DNA of 64,000 nt from contig CAWFAK010000008.1 in assembly GCA_963813715.1 (NCBI GenBank), positions 480,001 to 544,000 of the forward strand, written 5' to 3'. A model generated the notes under the pieces. The model was not told the DNA's origin. It made no database searches and saw only the letters and a program-made list of their open reading frames with translations. Each line of letters begins with the position of its first letter. The first letter of the stretch is position 1. The DNA is from an uncultured Planctomycetaceae bacterium (lineage in GTDB: Bacteria; Planctomycetota; Planctomycetia; Planctomycetales; Planctomycetaceae). Shown one piece after another: positions 43,650-55,059 of this stretch. The translations under genes and the position numbers were made by a program.

Positions 43650-43755
43650 CACGCTCCTCCTGGCCGGATCATATCCGCGCGCACGGGCCCACAAAGATGC
43701 AGACGCGTCTCGCTGTTGCAGAGTTCCGCGAAACTCCCCGGACAGCGAACGCGTA

Positions 43756-43884
43756 GTCCGTCAATCGCTATTTGACAGGTATTGGGTGGCATGCCAACGG
43801 CTGGACGTGGGCATGTCCGCTGCGAAGCACGCATGCCCACTGAAACCGGTGGGCATGGCACCCGACAATTGCCGGTAGACACAC
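43756..43884. repeat. ~130-bp dispersed REP-like element, copy 1
   Basis: gtccgtc..tcgctat.tgacaggtat..gggtg.catgcc...gtgggcatggcacccgaca...ggtagac; matches 61229-61358. Confidence 0.8.
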
Positions 43885-43984
43885 AGCGAGGCACTTCCGG
43901 CCGGGGCACATTAAAGTTGAGTCGACCGGCAGCGCTTGGCGGTCCGGTAAGCCAACGGTGTGACTTCACCTCTCCGATAAATCT

Positions 43985-44713
43985 ATGACCGATTTGGAAT
44001 TCGACCCCCGGAAGATTCGTTGGATCGCGCTCGACGCGGTCGGCACCTTGATCCATCCGCAGCCCTCTGCAGGCGTGGTTTACCATCGCGTCGGGCGGCG
44101 GCACGGATCGCGGCTGGCGGCGGCCGATGTATCCGCACGGTTCGGCCAGGTGTTCGCTAGGGTGCTTGAGGCCGACGACCTGGATTGCAGGTGCGCGGAG
44201 TCCGGCGACCGCCTCCACACGTGCGAAGCCCGCGAGCGAATTCGCTGGCATCGGATTGTGCGAGGGGTTCTGGACGACGTGGCGACGCCCGACGACTGCT
44301 TCACGGAATTGTTTGCCCATTTTGGCCAGCCGGCCGCGTGGGCCTGCTTCCCCGAAGTCGGCGACGCTTTGCGGAAGCTGCGGCAGGCTGGATACCACCT
44401 CGCGGTCTGCTCAAACTTCGACGCGCGACTCAACACCGTGATGGCTGGTCTGCCCGAGCTTACGCCGATTGAGTTGCGGATCATTTCGTCGGAGGTCGGC
44501 TGCCGCAAACCGTCGCCCCGATTCTTCGAGGCCGTCGTCCGGGCGACCGGCTGCGCGCCGTCGGAAATCCTCTTTGTCGGCGACGATCCGACGAGCGACG
44601 TGGCGGCGGCCCGAAATTCTGGACTGGCCGCGTTACAAATTGACCACGATGACGCCACGCTACAAAATCGGGCCCTTCGTTCGCTCGACGATCTGGTGAC
44701 TCGCCTGCTTTAG
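43985..44713 (+). CDS. HAD-IA family hydrolase
   Basis: LDAVGTL, SNFD, RKPSP, FVGDD. Confidence 0.9.
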   Translation: MTDLEFDPRKIRWIALDAVGTLIHPQPSAGVVYHRVGRRHGSRLAAADVSARFGQVFARVLEADDLDCRCAESGDRLHTCEARERIRWHRIVRGVLDDVATPDDCFTELFAHFGQPAAWACFPEVGDALRKLRQAGYHLAVCSNFDARLNTVMAGLPELTPIELRIISSEVGCRKPSPRFFEAVVRATGCAPSEILFVGDDPTSDVAAARNSGLAALQIDHDDATLQNRALRSLDDLVTRLL

Positions 44714-44727
44714 ACGGATTCGGCCGT

Positions 44728-45634
44728 ATGTCCGCGCCCTGGGTGGCAATTCAACGAAATCCCACCTCAGGGGACGGCCTACAGAGGGGCGAGCTGTTGC
44801 ACCTGGTGAGTCATTTGCGGCGGGCGGGGATTCGACCCCGGCTCTATTCGCGCCGCGAGCGATTGGAGGCCCGGCTGGCCAATCCCGACGAGCGAGCGAC
44901 ACCTGGTCTGCCTGGTGGCAGCCGGTGGTGACGGGACCGTGGGAGACTTGGCGAACCGGTTCCCCGGCGTGCCACTGGCCGTTTTGCCGCTGGGAACCGA
45001 AAACCTGTTGGCCGGCTATCTGGGCATTCCGAGCGACGGTCGATTTGTCGCGGAAATGATCGCGGCCGGCGGCACGCGGGCCTTCGACGTCGGGGTGGTC
45101 AATGGGCGGCGATTCACGCTGATGCTGACAGCCGGATTCGATGCCGACATCGTCCACCGAGTGCAGGCTCGACGGACGGGCCACATCCGAAAATGGAATT
45201 ACCTCCAACCGATTTGGGAATCGTTGCGTAGTTACGGGTATCCGAAAATGCGGATTTCGGTGGAAGGGGGAGATCTATCCAACGATCAGCCCCTTTCAGG
45301 CCGGTTGCTCGTCGTGGCGAATCTGCCGGCTTACGCGATGGGGCTGCCCTTGGCGGCCAGCGCGGAAGGGAGCGACGGCCTGCTCGACTTGCGGGTCTTC
45401 CGCCGTCGTTCTGCATTCCAAATGGTTCGGTACTTATATAAGGTTGCATTGAGGCAGCATGAGTCGCTGGCCGACGTCGTTTGCGGGCGGGCTCGGCGGG
45501 TGCAAATCACCTGTGACACGCCCGTTCCCCTCCAATGCGACGGCGATCCGGCCGGCTTTACGCCCGCGGAGGTCACCATCCTCCCCGGAGCGCTGACGTT
45601 GATCGTGCCCAAAGGTCCGGCTCGCGGCGGATAG
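44728..45634 (+). CDS. Diacylglycerol/lipid kinase family protein; 5' frameshift
   Basis: RNPTSG, AAGGDGT, PLGTENLLA, GFDA, QCDGD. Confidence 0.88.
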
Positions 45635-45682
45635 CGGCAATCTGCTCGCTATCCCCGTCCGCGGACAAGGCCGGAGTCGGAC

Positions 45683-46525
45683 GTGCCAAACAACCCCATC
45701 CAACTCGGAAAGATTGCCTGCGGACCGGGGCACCCGCTCCTGTTCATCGCCGGCCCCTGCGTGATCGAAAATCCGGAGCTCATCAGCGAGGTTTCCGGAC
45801 GCTTGGCCGAGCTGGCTGACCAGCTCGACGTGCCGATGGTCTTCAAGTCGAGCTTCGACAAGGCCAATCGCACCAGCTACCACAGCTTTCGCGGACCGGG
45901 CTTAGACTTGGGACTGAAGATCCTGGAAGACGCCCGTCGGTCGAGCGGTTTGCCGGTGACGACCGACATTCACGAGCCAGCGCAAGCGGAGCCGGCCGCT
46001 CAAGTCTGCGATATCGTGCAGATTCCCGCGTTCCTTGCCCGTCAGACCGACCTGGTGCACGAGGCGGCCGTGGCGACGGCCCGGCGCGGACGGATCATCA
46101 ACGTCAAAAAGCCGCAGTTCATCGCGCCGGAAGATGCGATCCACATCGTGAAGAAGTGCGAAGAGGCGGGGAACCCGAACATCCTGCTTACCGAGCGGGG
46201 CGCGACCTTTGGCTACGGCCGGCTGGTCAACGACATGCGGGCCATCCCCGTCATGCAAAAAATGGGCGTGCCCGTGATCTTCGACGCCACACACAGCGTG
46301 CAGCTGCCAGGCGGAGCGTCGACGGGCGGCCAGCGCGAAATGATTCCGGTATTGGCCCGCGCGGCGGTCGCCGCCGGCTGCGACGCCGTCTTCATGGAAA
46401 CGCATCCGAATCCGGATCGGGCGCTGAGCGACGGCCCCAACATGGTCCCGCTGGCCGAATTGCCGCGACTCATCGAACAACTCAAGCGGTTACGTTCTCT
46501 CGTCAACGAAATCCTTAGTCCCTAG
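45683..46525 (+). CDS. kdsA: 3-deoxy-D-manno-octulosonate 8-phosphate synthase
   Basis: [44 protein letters not shown]. Confidence 0.96.
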   Translation: MPNNPIQLGKIACGPGHPLLFIAGPCVIENPELISEVSGRLAELADQLDVPMVFKSSFDKANRTSYHSFRGPGLDLGLKILEDARRSSGLPVTTDIHEPAQAEPAAQVCDIVQIPAFLARQTDLVHEAAVATARRGRIINVKKPQFIAPEDAIHIVKKCEEAGNPNILLTERGATFGYGRLVNDMRAIPVMQKMGVPVIFDATHSVQLPGGASTGGQREMIPVLARAAVAAGCDAVFMETHPNPDRALSDGPNMVPLAELPRLIEQLKRLRSLVNEILSP

Positions 46526-46535
46526 GGTAGTTTGC

Positions 46536-48674
46536 ATGTCTTTGCGAGCACGCGTTTACTCGCGCGGTTTCCGGTTCGCCGCCACGGTTGCTGCCGGACG
46601 CGGGCCCCGCTTTGCCGCCATCTGCGCCGGGCCGGCGCTGGCGTTGTTGGTGGCCGGTTGCCATTCGCAGTCCTCCACCTCGTCGACAAAGCCCGATCCG
46701 AAGTCCGGGGCAAAAGCGACCGCGCTCGCTGTGGCGGCCGAGAACCGCTGCACGCAACTACTGACGAGCGGCCTCGACATGCTGAAGCCGGGCAACATGG
46801 GCATCTCCGCGCAAGAGCAGCAGGTGGTCGACGCCCTCAACAACTGGGCAGGCGAGTGCGGCAATTCGACGGCATCGCCCGCCAACGATCCGCCCGCCGC
46901 GAAGGGCGCGACTCCGACCGCGACCGCCAAAGGCGCCGGGGTCGGCGCAAGCGGGGCTGGAGCGAGCACGACGAGCGCCAGCGGCGGGGCCAATGCCGAT
47001 GCGTTTGCCGACTTGTACGACCTGGGCGACATCGAGCACATCCGCGACAGTTGGCTGGTGAAGGACCTGGGCACTGCGGCCGTCAAGGCGGAGCCGACCG
47101 ACCTCGAACGGGCCGTCTCCCTCTTCGATCTGGCTGTGCGCACCGTCGCGCTCGATAACGCCGGCGACCCAGAACTCCCGCAAACGGTCTACGACATCCT
47201 GGTCATCGGACGGGGCACGGCCGAGGACCGCGCGTGGCTCTTCGGCGAGCTGTTGCGGCAAGCCGGCATGGACGCGGTAATTGTGCGACCCAATGCCGGC
47301 GCGGATACCACCGCCAAAACCCCCGATGTCAAAGCCGCTCCGACGGCGAACAAGAGTCCGTCTGGCGCCGAGCCGCGCTGGTTGGTTGGCGCGTTGGTGG
47401 ACACGCAGGTCTATCTGTTCGATCCGACGCTGGGCTGGCCCATTCCGTCGCCCGACGACAAAGGGATCACGCCGACCGTGCGTCAGCCGGCAACCTTGGC
47501 CCAAGCCGCCGCACACGACGAGCTCTTGCGGAAGCTCGATGTCTCGCCGGAAAAGAAGTACCCGCTCAAAGCGAGCGACTTGAAGTCGGTGAAGGTCGAG
47601 ATCATCACCTCGGGTCGATATTCGGAGCCGCGGATCAAGCGGATCGAATCGTTCTTGGCCGGCAGTCGCTCGGTGGTCGTCTACACGCCGCTGGCCGACG
47701 TCGGCGCCCGCCCGGGTTTGCGGTCGCGGGTCGAAAACGGGGGCGCCGGCAGTTGGAAGAAAGAGGACGTCAGCGTCTGGGACTATCCGGACCGCCAACT
47801 TGCGGCCGTTCACCACTTGGGCGATCAGACCAAGATCGTGCACGACGCGTTTTGGCTGCCGTTCGAGGGGCCCGTGGAGTTCGAGTTTGACCCGAAGACG
47901 ATGCAGTTCAAGATCGCGCAAGGCACGACGATTACGTCGCTCAAGGGGGGCAAGCCGGCTCGCCCGCAGGCCGGCGCAATTCCCGCTCCGGGCGAAGAGA
48001 ACGATCGCGTCGAAGTGCGGCACGACTCACGACTGCAGCTCAAGGCCCGTATCGCACAGCTGCAGGGAGACTTTCCGCAGGCGATTCGCAAATACCTGAC
48101 CGTGCAGCTCGACGAGCTTCCCGACAAACTGGTGTTGCCGGAGGACATCCAGGAGCGGGCGAAGAGTCTGCCTCCGGACAAGCGGCCGAAGGGCCCGCTG
48201 GCGATCGAGACGCCCAAGCGCGAATTCTTTATGAATTTCCGCGCGGCCGAGGATGCCAAGTTCTGGATGGGAGTCTGCCAGCTCGAGCAGCACGAAATGG
48301 CGGCCGCCGCAGAAACTTTCGAAGCCTACATCCGCCGCTACAGCCAGGGGGGCGTGGGCACTTGGATCATACAGGCCGCTTATCTCCGCAGCTTGACCTT
48401 GGCGGAGATGAAGAAATTCGCGCTGGCCGTTCAGGCCGCTCGACAACTGGCGGACGCACTTCCGGAAAACGACTTCCACCGGCCGACGTTCGAGCTCTTG
48501 GGCGAACGCTGGCGCAGTGCCCGCGATGCGGCAAAGCCCACTTCGAGCACTGCGTCGGCGACGCCAGATAAATCGGCCACCGAAAAGACCAACACCGAGA
48601 AGGCGAGCGCGGAGAAGCCGACGGCCGAGAAGAGCGCCACTGAGAAGCCCGCGGCCAAGCCGAACACGCCATGA
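46536..48674 (+). CDS. Putative lipoprotein with transglutaminase-like and TPR-like regions
   Basis: Lipobox LVAGC; GRGTAEDRAWLFGELLRQ, YLFDP; helical C-terminus; EK-rich tail. Confidence 0.75.
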   Translation: MSLRARVYSRGFRFAATVAAGRGPRFAAICAGPALALLVAGCHSQSSTSSTKPDPKSGAKATALAVAAENRCTQLLTSGLDMLKPGNMGISAQEQQVVDALNNWAGECGNSTASPANDPPAAKGATPTATAKGAGVGASGAGASTTSASGGANADAFADLYDLGDIEHIRDSWLVKDLGTAAVKAEPTDLERAVSLFDLAVRTVALDNAGDPELPQTVYDILVIGRGTAEDRAWLFGELLRQAGMDAVIVRPNAGADTTAKTPDVKAAPTANKSPSGAEPRWLVGALVDTQVYLFDPTLGWPIPSPDDKGITPTVRQPATLAQAAAHDELLRKLDVSPEKKYPLKASDLKSVKVEIITSGRYSEPRIKRIESFLAGSRSVVVYTPLADVGARPGLRSRVENGGAGSWKKEDVSVWDYPDRQLAAVHHLGDQTKIVHDAFWLPFEGPVEFEFDPKTMQFKIAQGTTITSLKGGKPARPQAGAIPAPGEENDRVEVRHDSRLQLKARIAQLQGDFPQAIRKYLTVQLDELPDKLVLPEDIQERAKSLPPDKRPKGPLAIETPKREFFMNFRAAEDAKFWMGVCQLEQHEMAAAAETFEAYIRRYSQGGVGTWIIQAAYLRSLTLAEMKKFALAVQAARQLADALPENDFHRPTFELLGERWRSARDAAKPTSSTASATPDKSATEKTNTEKASAEKPTAEKSATEKPAAKPNTP

Positions 48675-48681
48675 GTTCGTC

Positions 48682-48828
48682 GTACGGCAAGCTGCCAGCG
48701 TGCCCGCGGATCGCCAGTCCACGCGTCCAAAGGACAGCTGAGAGCTTCGCCGACAGCCGCCAATTAATCCCGGGCGAGCTGGGCGCTTGACCTAGGCAAT
48801 CCTGGGCAAGCTGGCAGCTTGCCCTACG
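48682..48828. repeat. REP-like inverted pair (GGGCAAGCTGGCAGCTTGCCC family) between convergent genes
   Basis: gtacggcaagctgccagcgtgccc ... gggcaagctggcagcttgccctac; related copy near 652-675. Confidence 0.65.
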
Positions 48829-48843
48829 TCGCAGAGGGGGTTC

Positions 48844-50916
48844 TTAGAGCTTCGGCGGCTCGTGGGAGACTTCGGGTTGCCGCGGCATGTTCCGCTGGCG
48901 GTCGTCGTCGAGCAGCAGGCGCGGCGGACGCGGTTGCCGCGGCGGCGGGTAGTTCACGTGCAGCTCGTGCCAGTCCCATCCCATCGGCGACGCCAGTTCT
49001 TCCTTGGCGAGCGCCGCCCATTGCGTCCCCTTGTGATCTTCGATCACCCCTTCGAGATACTCGCGGGCCCGCTTGGCGAAGTGCTGAATCCGCGACGGAG
49101 ACTTGTCTTCCTTGGCCGGCTCGATTCGCCAAGTATTGCTGGTCGCGTCCTGAAACGGCTTGGGTGAGACTTTCATGTCGGCCAGCATCATGTTGTAACC
49201 GAGGGCCCGCGCTCGCATCGCCAGCACGCGGCCCATCGCCAGGTCGAAGCTCGCTTTCCAGCGGGGCGTGTCGAGCCGCGAACGGTCCCGCTCACCGGCT
49301 TCCAAGAGCGTGTGCATTTCGTTGAGGCGATAGTCGAGCTCGGCCAACGGCTTCTGCGCCTCGGTGATCTGCTGCCGCAGCGTGTTGTCGTTGTCGGCAC
49401 GAAAGACGAGTTGCGGGCGGGGCAACTCTTTGCGGCCGGCGTGCGCATCCTCCGTGCTGACGAGGGCGGCCTGGTAGAGCGCGGCCTTCGCGCCATTGCG
49501 CCCCCGTTCCAACTCGTAATCCCTGAGCGGGCGATAGTCGGGGACGTAGTTCCGCAGAATGGCTTCGTCGAATCGGGGGCCGGGCAGCTCATCGGAGACC
49601 AGGAACAAGCCGCCCGTCTCCGCGCACAGCCGGCAAAGAGCGTACGGACCGAAACCCGAAGTCAGTTCCTCGAGCTGACGGCCACGACCGCCCCAGAAGG
49701 GCAAGGCGACCCCCTCCAGCTCGGCGGTTTCCGGCCCGCGGTTGGTGTAGGCGTAGCCGTGGAAGCCGTCCGGAAAGACATAGGGGAAGTAGTGCCGCTG
49801 GCGGCCGAAGACGGCGTCGTCGCCCACGCAGTAAACGCGCATGCCGAATCGCCGCAACTTGACGATCGCGTCCTCGACTTTGCGATAGTCGCTGCCGCGC
49901 TCGTCCGTAACGATCACGATCATCACGCGCCGCCGCTCAGTCTTGCCGAGCCGATAAGTCTTAAACCGTTCGGCCGCGGACATCGCCGCGGTGAAGACAT
50001 TCTCGACGGCCTCTTTTTCATCGCCGTCGTCCTCGACCTTTCGAACGGCCTTCTTGATGGCAGCCACGTCGTCGACGGGCTTCTTAGTCAAGTAGTTGAT
50101 CGACTTGCCGAAGGTGGCCACGGACGTCTTGAGAGCGCCGTTTTTGCCGACCCCCAACAGGCCCAGCTGGCGATAAACGTTCTCGAAGCGGTCGGCGATT
50201 TCGTCGCGACGGCTTTTCATCGAGGGCGTGGCGTCGAAGAGCCAGACGACCAGCGTGTTTTCCTGCCGCAGCGAAGCCTCGATCTCGAAAGTCAGGCGAT
50301 CGATCGCCCCCCGCACGCCGCCGGTGTGCTCGGTCGATCCCGTCGTCTCGTTCAATTCGGCCAGTTCGCGGTTGCCGGTGGCGACGCCGACGTCGGACAG
50401 CGGGCGGCTGACGTTGATCGGTCGCATTCCGACCGTCGAGACGGAGCTGGAAACGTTGACGACGGGTGCCTTGGGCGTCTGAATCGCAGCGACAGCGTTC
50501 AAGGTGCCGGTCCGCAGTCCGGCCAGGGACGAATTGTCGCCGCCGTTGCCGATTTCGGGCGCCGCCTCGGTGGAGAACCGCAGCTCCTGCGGGATCGTGC
50601 TGAAGGTTTCTTCACCAGTCACCGACGCGGTGACCTCCGGCTCGCGGAACAGCATCGTGGCGAAATGGATCGGCCAGAGAGCCACCAGAATCAACAGGTG
50701 CCCGGTGAGGCTGATCACCCAGGAGGGAATGCGGCGACGCGTCTCGGGCACGCCGATGAATTCTTCCGGCGGCAGTTCGTCGCCGTTAGCAGGCGAACTG
50801 GCAGCCGCCGAAGCAGTGGCTGCCACAAACGGAACGGCAGCATCGGCTGTCGCCCCGGAGGGCTTTCCCACGGAGCCTGCTGCGGCTCCCGTCGATTCAA
50901 CGAGCGTCTGATTCAC
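48844..50916 (-). CDS. Membrane-anchored vWA domain protein
   Basis: SWVISLTGH TM, WLFDATPSM MIDAS-like, IVIVTDE; start uncertain. Confidence 0.82.
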   Translation of the reverse strand: MNQTLVESTGAAAGSVGKPSGATADAAVPFVAATASAAASSPANGDELPPEEFIGVPETRRRIPSWVISLTGHLLILVALWPIHFATMLFREPEVTASVTGEETFSTIPQELRFSTEAAPEIGNGGDNSSLAGLRTGTLNAVAAIQTPKAPVVNVSSSVSTVGMRPINVSRPLSDVGVATGNRELAELNETTGSTEHTGGVRGAIDRLTFEIEASLRQENTLVVWLFDATPSMKSRRDEIADRFENVYRQLGLLGVGKNGALKTSVATFGKSINYLTKKPVDDVAAIKKAVRKVEDDGDEKEAVENVFTAAMSAAERFKTYRLGKTERRRVMIVIVTDERGSDYRKVEDAIVKLRRFGMRVYCVGDDAVFGRQRHYFPYVFPDGFHGYAYTNRGPETAELEGVALPFWGGRGRQLEELTSGFGPYALCRLCAETGGLFLVSDELPGPRFDEAILRNYVPDYRPLRDYELERGRNGAKAALYQAALVSTEDAHAGRKELPRPQLVFRADNDNTLRQQITEAQKPLAELDYRLNEMHTLLEAGERDRSRLDTPRWKASFDLAMGRVLAMRARALGYNMMLADMKVSPKPFQDATSNTWRIEPAKEDKSPSRIQHFAKRAREYLEGVIEDHKGTQWAALAKEELASPMGWDWHELHVNYPPPRQPRPPRLLLDDDRQRNMPRQPEVSHEPPKL

Positions 50917-51123
50917 GGGTTGCGTCCAACCGTCCCGACTCGGACTCCCCTCCCCACGACTCCCCTGCCCCACAACAGCCGCCTCTCCTTAAATTTACTC
51001 GACTCAACCCCTTCCGACAACGGCCTTCGCCCCGCAGCCGCGCCAAGATTGCGTCGTTGTTACGGTGATCCCATACTGAACGCTGACCTGCCCTTGCCGC
51101 CACTTTTCGGGAGACCGAGCCGC

Positions 51124-52392
51124 GTGTCCGTCGAGTTAAGCCAGTTTGCCCGTTCGCTCTCCGTCGAGACGGCCTTTACCGTGCTGGCTGTCGCCAAGAG
51201 TCTCAAAGCGGCCGGCAAGGACGTTGTTGAGCTGGAAATAGGCGACAGCCCCTTCGACAGCACGGCTTCGGCCAAGTCGGCGGGCGTCCAGGCGATCCAG
51301 AACAACCAGTCACACTATTGCCCGTCCCCCGGCATTCCCGAGTTTCGCGAGGCGGCCGCCCGCTTCGTGAAGCGCGAGTTCGGCATTCCGGCCGAGGCCA
51401 AGAACATAGTCGCCGGCCCCGGGGCGAAGGTCTTTGAGCAGTTCTTCTGCGAGGCGTTTTTGGACCCGGGCGACGGCGTGCTCGTCTTCGGGCCTTATTT
51501 CCCGACCTATCTGCCGAATATCGAGCGGCGCGGAGCGCGGGCCGTCGTTCGGCCGCTGCGGCAGTCGAATCAATTTCGCCCGGAGATCGCCGAGATCGAG
51601 CGGTTTCTGGCCGAGGATCGGGCACCGCGGGCCATCTTCCTCAATTCGCCGCACAACCCGACCGGCGGGGTGGCGATCGTCGACGACCTGAAACGAATTG
51701 CCGACCTGGTGCGGGGCAAGAACGTGGCCGTCTTCAGTGACGAGCCCTATTGCCACATGGTCTGGAAGGGCAAGCACGCGTCGATCCTCGCGCAGCCGGG
51801 CATGCTCGAGCAGGGCGTGGCCGCGTTCACTTTCAGCAAGTCGTACAGCATGAGCGGTTGGCGCTTGGGCTTTGCCGTCGCCGGAGCGCCGATTGCCGAC
51901 GCGATCGGCAAGATGATCAACACGACGCTCTCCTGCACGGCGACCCTGGTGCAGCTTGCCGGCGCCGCCGCGCTCGAACGCGACCAGGCCGAACGCGACG
52001 CCGTGATGCTCAAGTTCCGCGACAAGGTCGAGCTCTTGACGGCTGGACTCAACCACATCGACGGATTTCGCACGCTCGAGCCGACCGCGACGTTCTACGT
52101 CTTTCCCAACGTGGCTCCGGTTTGCAATCGGCTCGGCATCACCAGCCACGGGTTGGCTCTGTATTTATTGGAGGCCGCCGACGATCGCTTCGGCATCGCC
52201 TGCCTGGGGGGCGAGTGCTTCGGCGCCGCGGGACAGGGCTTCTTGCGATTCAGTTGTGCCGAGCCCAACGATCGCATCCAACAGGCGCTCGACTTCCTGC
52301 CCGTGGCCATCGGGCGGACGGATCGGGTGGCTGCCTATCTGGAGAAGCACGCGCAGTTCCGCCTGAAGCAGCCATACCCGGTGGCGAGCTAA
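51124..52392 (+). CDS. Class I/II PLP aminotransferase (aspartate aminotransferase-like)
   Basis: LEIGDSPF, NSPHNPTG, SDEPY, TFSKSYSMSGWRLG; GTG start at 51124. Confidence 0.92.
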   Translation: MSVELSQFARSLSVETAFTVLAVAKSLKAAGKDVVELEIGDSPFDSTASAKSAGVQAIQNNQSHYCPSPGIPEFREAAARFVKREFGIPAEAKNIVAGPGAKVFEQFFCEAFLDPGDGVLVFGPYFPTYLPNIERRGARAVVRPLRQSNQFRPEIAEIERFLAEDRAPRAIFLNSPHNPTGGVAIVDDLKRIADLVRGKNVAVFSDEPYCHMVWKGKHASILAQPGMLEQGVAAFTFSKSYSMSGWRLGFAVAGAPIADAIGKMINTTLSCTATLVQLAGAAALERDQAERDAVMLKFRDKVELLTAGLNHIDGFRTLEPTATFYVFPNVAPVCNRLGITSHGLALYLLEAADDRFGIACLGGECFGAAGQGFLRFSCAEPNDRIQQALDFLPVAIGRTDRVAAYLEKHAQFRLKQPYPVAS

Positions 52393-52394
52393 TA

Positions 52395-52850
52395 ATGTCA
52401 GGAGCATCGTCCCCGTCGCCCCGGCTTTACCGCTGGGGCACCAGCATCGTGCTCGGCTGCTGCTGGCTGATCATGTTCACCGGCACGCACTGGCCGCACG
52501 TCAGCCTGGAGCACTATCCCCAGAACTTCGACAAAGTCTTGCACTTCACCGGCTACGCCGGCTTCGGGTTTTTGATCGCCGCGTGGGTCTCGGCCCGGCG
52601 CAAGTTCGGCCTCCGCGATTTCGCCGCGGGCTTCGCGGTCATTTTCATCTACGCGATCCTCGACGAAGTGACGCAGCCCTACTTCGGTCGCGACTGCGAG
52701 TTTGGTGACATGGTGGCCGACTGGTGCGGCGGCACGATTGGTATGACGGTCTTCCTGCTCCTGCGGACGACGCTCCGCTCGCTTGGCCTGCTTCCTCAGG
52801 TTGATCGGAGGCCCCAGGTCGACATCGAAGCCCAGTCTGCGGGTTCTTAA
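52395..52850 (+). CDS. VanZ family protein
   Basis: DKVLHFTGY, DEVTQPYFGR, DMVADWCG. Confidence 0.88.
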   Translation: MSGASSPSPRLYRWGTSIVLGCCWLIMFTGTHWPHVSLEHYPQNFDKVLHFTGYAGFGFLIAAWVSARRKFGLRDFAAGFAVIFIYAILDEVTQPYFGRDCEFGDMVADWCGGTIGMTVFLLLRTTLRSLGLLPQVDRRPQVDIEAQSAGS

Positions 52851-53014
52851 CGGCGCTTCGTCAAGCTTTCGAGTAGACGAATCGTGCCCCCGCGGGCGTC
52901 CTCAGAATGAAACCGCAAGTCGAAGCAAAATTTGGGCGGTTTCTCTCGTGATATCCTGGGGTCGGTTGCGCCTGTCGAGAGACGACAGGAAAGTTCCGCG
53001 ACCAGGAGCCTGCT

Positions 53015-54268
53015 ATGGCGATCTTTTCGCTCATTGTTTCCTTGATCTTCGCGGGGCTGGTGGCGGTGACTCTCGCCACCTCGCACAGCTACAAATTCGG
53101 CGCCACCACATCGCTCGCCTGTCTTGTGGTAGGCGTGTTTTTCTGTCCCGCCCTCGGCGCTTTCTTTCCACCCGTCGGCCTGACCGCTCTGGGCCTATTA
53201 ATTGTGTGTAGCGTGCTGGCGGCCCGCAGCTTCCGGCCGACCTCGCGGCAAATCGCGCTCGTCAGCGTCGCAATGGTCTTCGTGGGGATGGCGGGCGGAG
53301 TATTGTTCTCGCTCGATTATGTGCTGCATCTCCGCGACCTGCGCACGGCTTATCCGCTCGTCTCCGTGGCATCGCGGCTCGAATACGAGCACCGGCCCAC
53401 TCCGAACTCGGTTCCCGCTGCTGTCGTCGCGGTTATGGCCGATGGCGGCGCGAAGTTCGGACCGCCACCACAGAACGCGCCGGCCTGGAAGGCGCTCGCC
53501 ATAGCAGAAGAAAAGCAGACCCGCTGGGGGTCGCGACTGCGCGCTCTCGAAGCGATTCATGCATCCATCGTGGGGCAATTCGTCGACGCTCCCGGATTCG
53601 GGATCGCCCGGATGTCTTACGTCAACGAATTCGCCCTCAAGGAACGCCGCGAGTCGCCGGGCTCGCTACGCGGAACGAACGAAAAATATCCGCCAACCGA
53701 GCGCCCCGACGCTTTGAGGGGTACGCCTCTCACCGCGACGCGTCCGACCGACACGCACAGCCCCTTCGAGGGGCGGCTGTGGGACATTCACGAGAGCGGC
53801 CTCAACGACTTCTTCAGTCAGGAGGACGAGGGGCTGCTGATCGACCGCGACCACGTAGCCGGATTCGTGTCACACCGATTCAGCAAGGAGTTTCCCCCTC
53901 GGCCTACGTCCACACCACTCAAATGGGAGCTGGTGCGATTGGAGTTGGCTAGCTTGCGACGTTTCGGCCGCCCGATGGTCTACGCCACCAACCGCGAACT
54001 GCCGCGGATGGACCAACTTGAAAAAATGCCGACGCGTGAACCAAGCGCGTTCGAAGCGGCCGCGCTCGGCTCACTGGCCGAAGGCGAAGAAATTATCTAC
54101 CTGCAGCGAGGGCACTGCGTCCTCGCGATGGGAGCCCTCCGCGCGCAAGCAAACTGCACGAAGTGCCACGAAGTCCGTCGGGGAGCCTTGCTCGGCGCCT
54201 TCTCCTACGAGTTTCTGGGCAACGCGACGCCCGCCGGCGACGCTCCGTCCGCCAAGCCACCGATCTGA
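53015..54268 (+). CDS. Membrane protein with C-terminal c-type heme motif
   Basis: Four N-terminal TM helices; CTKCH...GALLGAFSY. Confidence 0.75.
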   Translation: MAIFSLIVSLIFAGLVAVTLATSHSYKFGATTSLACLVVGVFFCPALGAFFPPVGLTALGLLIVCSVLAARSFRPTSRQIALVSVAMVFVGMAGGVLFSLDYVLHLRDLRTAYPLVSVASRLEYEHRPTPNSVPAAVVAVMADGGAKFGPPPQNAPAWKALAIAEEKQTRWGSRLRALEAIHASIVGQFVDAPGFGIARMSYVNEFALKERRESPGSLRGTNEKYPPTERPDALRGTPLTATRPTDTHSPFEGRLWDIHESGLNDFFSQEDEGLLIDRDHVAGFVSHRFSKEFPPRPTSTPLKWELVRLELASLRRFGRPMVYATNRELPRMDQLEKMPTREPSAFEAAALGSLAEGEEIIYLQRGHCVLAMGALRAQANCTKCHEVRRGALLGAFSYEFLGNATPAGDAPSAKPPI

Positions 54269-54413
54269 AGCCTGTCTGCTTTCTCGCGCCGCTTCCGCTT
54301 AGATATGGTAGGCGGGAGCCAGTGCCGCTTGGGCAGCGCGGTTTGGCCATGCCCGCCGTCTGACGGGTTGTCGAAAGCCTTGGCCGCAATTGCTGTCTGC
54401 GCCGGACGATGCG

Positions 54414-55059
54414 ATGTATGACGGCGGCGAAACGACCGAGTTTCAGCTTCTGCTCGATCGCTGGGCGGCCGGTGACGTAGCGGCTCGTGATCGGCTGCTC
54501 GAGCGGGCCGGCCAGCGATTGCTCGCGCTCACGCGGCGGATGTTGCGGGGTTATCCGCATCTGCAGCGCTGGGAACAGACGGACGACGTCTTTCAAAGTG
54601 CCGTGCTGCGGCTGTATCGCTCGCTGGGAGACGTGCGGCCCGAATCGATCGGGCAGTTCTTCGGTCTGGCGACGACTCAGATTCGCCGCACGCTGATCGA
54701 TCTGGCCCGGCATCACTTCGGTCCAGAGGGAGCGGCCGCCCGGCACCAGAGCAGCATTGCCGACCAGCAACGCACGGACTGCGCGGAGCGATGCGGCACC
54801 CGCGCGTGCCGACGAGCGGCCCGAAACGCTCGACGCCTGGGCGCGTTTTCACGAGGCCGTCGAGTCGCTCCCCCACGACGAACGCGATGTCTTCAGTCTG
54901 ATCTGGTACGGCGAAGCCACCCAGCGCGAGGCGGCCGAGCTGTTCGGCGTGACCGAGCGAACCATTCTGCGGCGATTGGTGCGGGCCCGGCTGCTGTTGC
55001 ACGAATCTCTCAAGAATGTCCGCGAGTGTTTTGAGGAGGCCAATCATCATGGCGCTTGA
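54414..55059 (+). CDS. ECF RNA polymerase sigma factor; frameshift near 54780
   Basis: LLDRWAAGD..ARDRLL, QTDDVFQ, IRRTLIDLAR; region 4 LPHDERDVF...EAAELFGVTERT. Confidence 0.88.
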
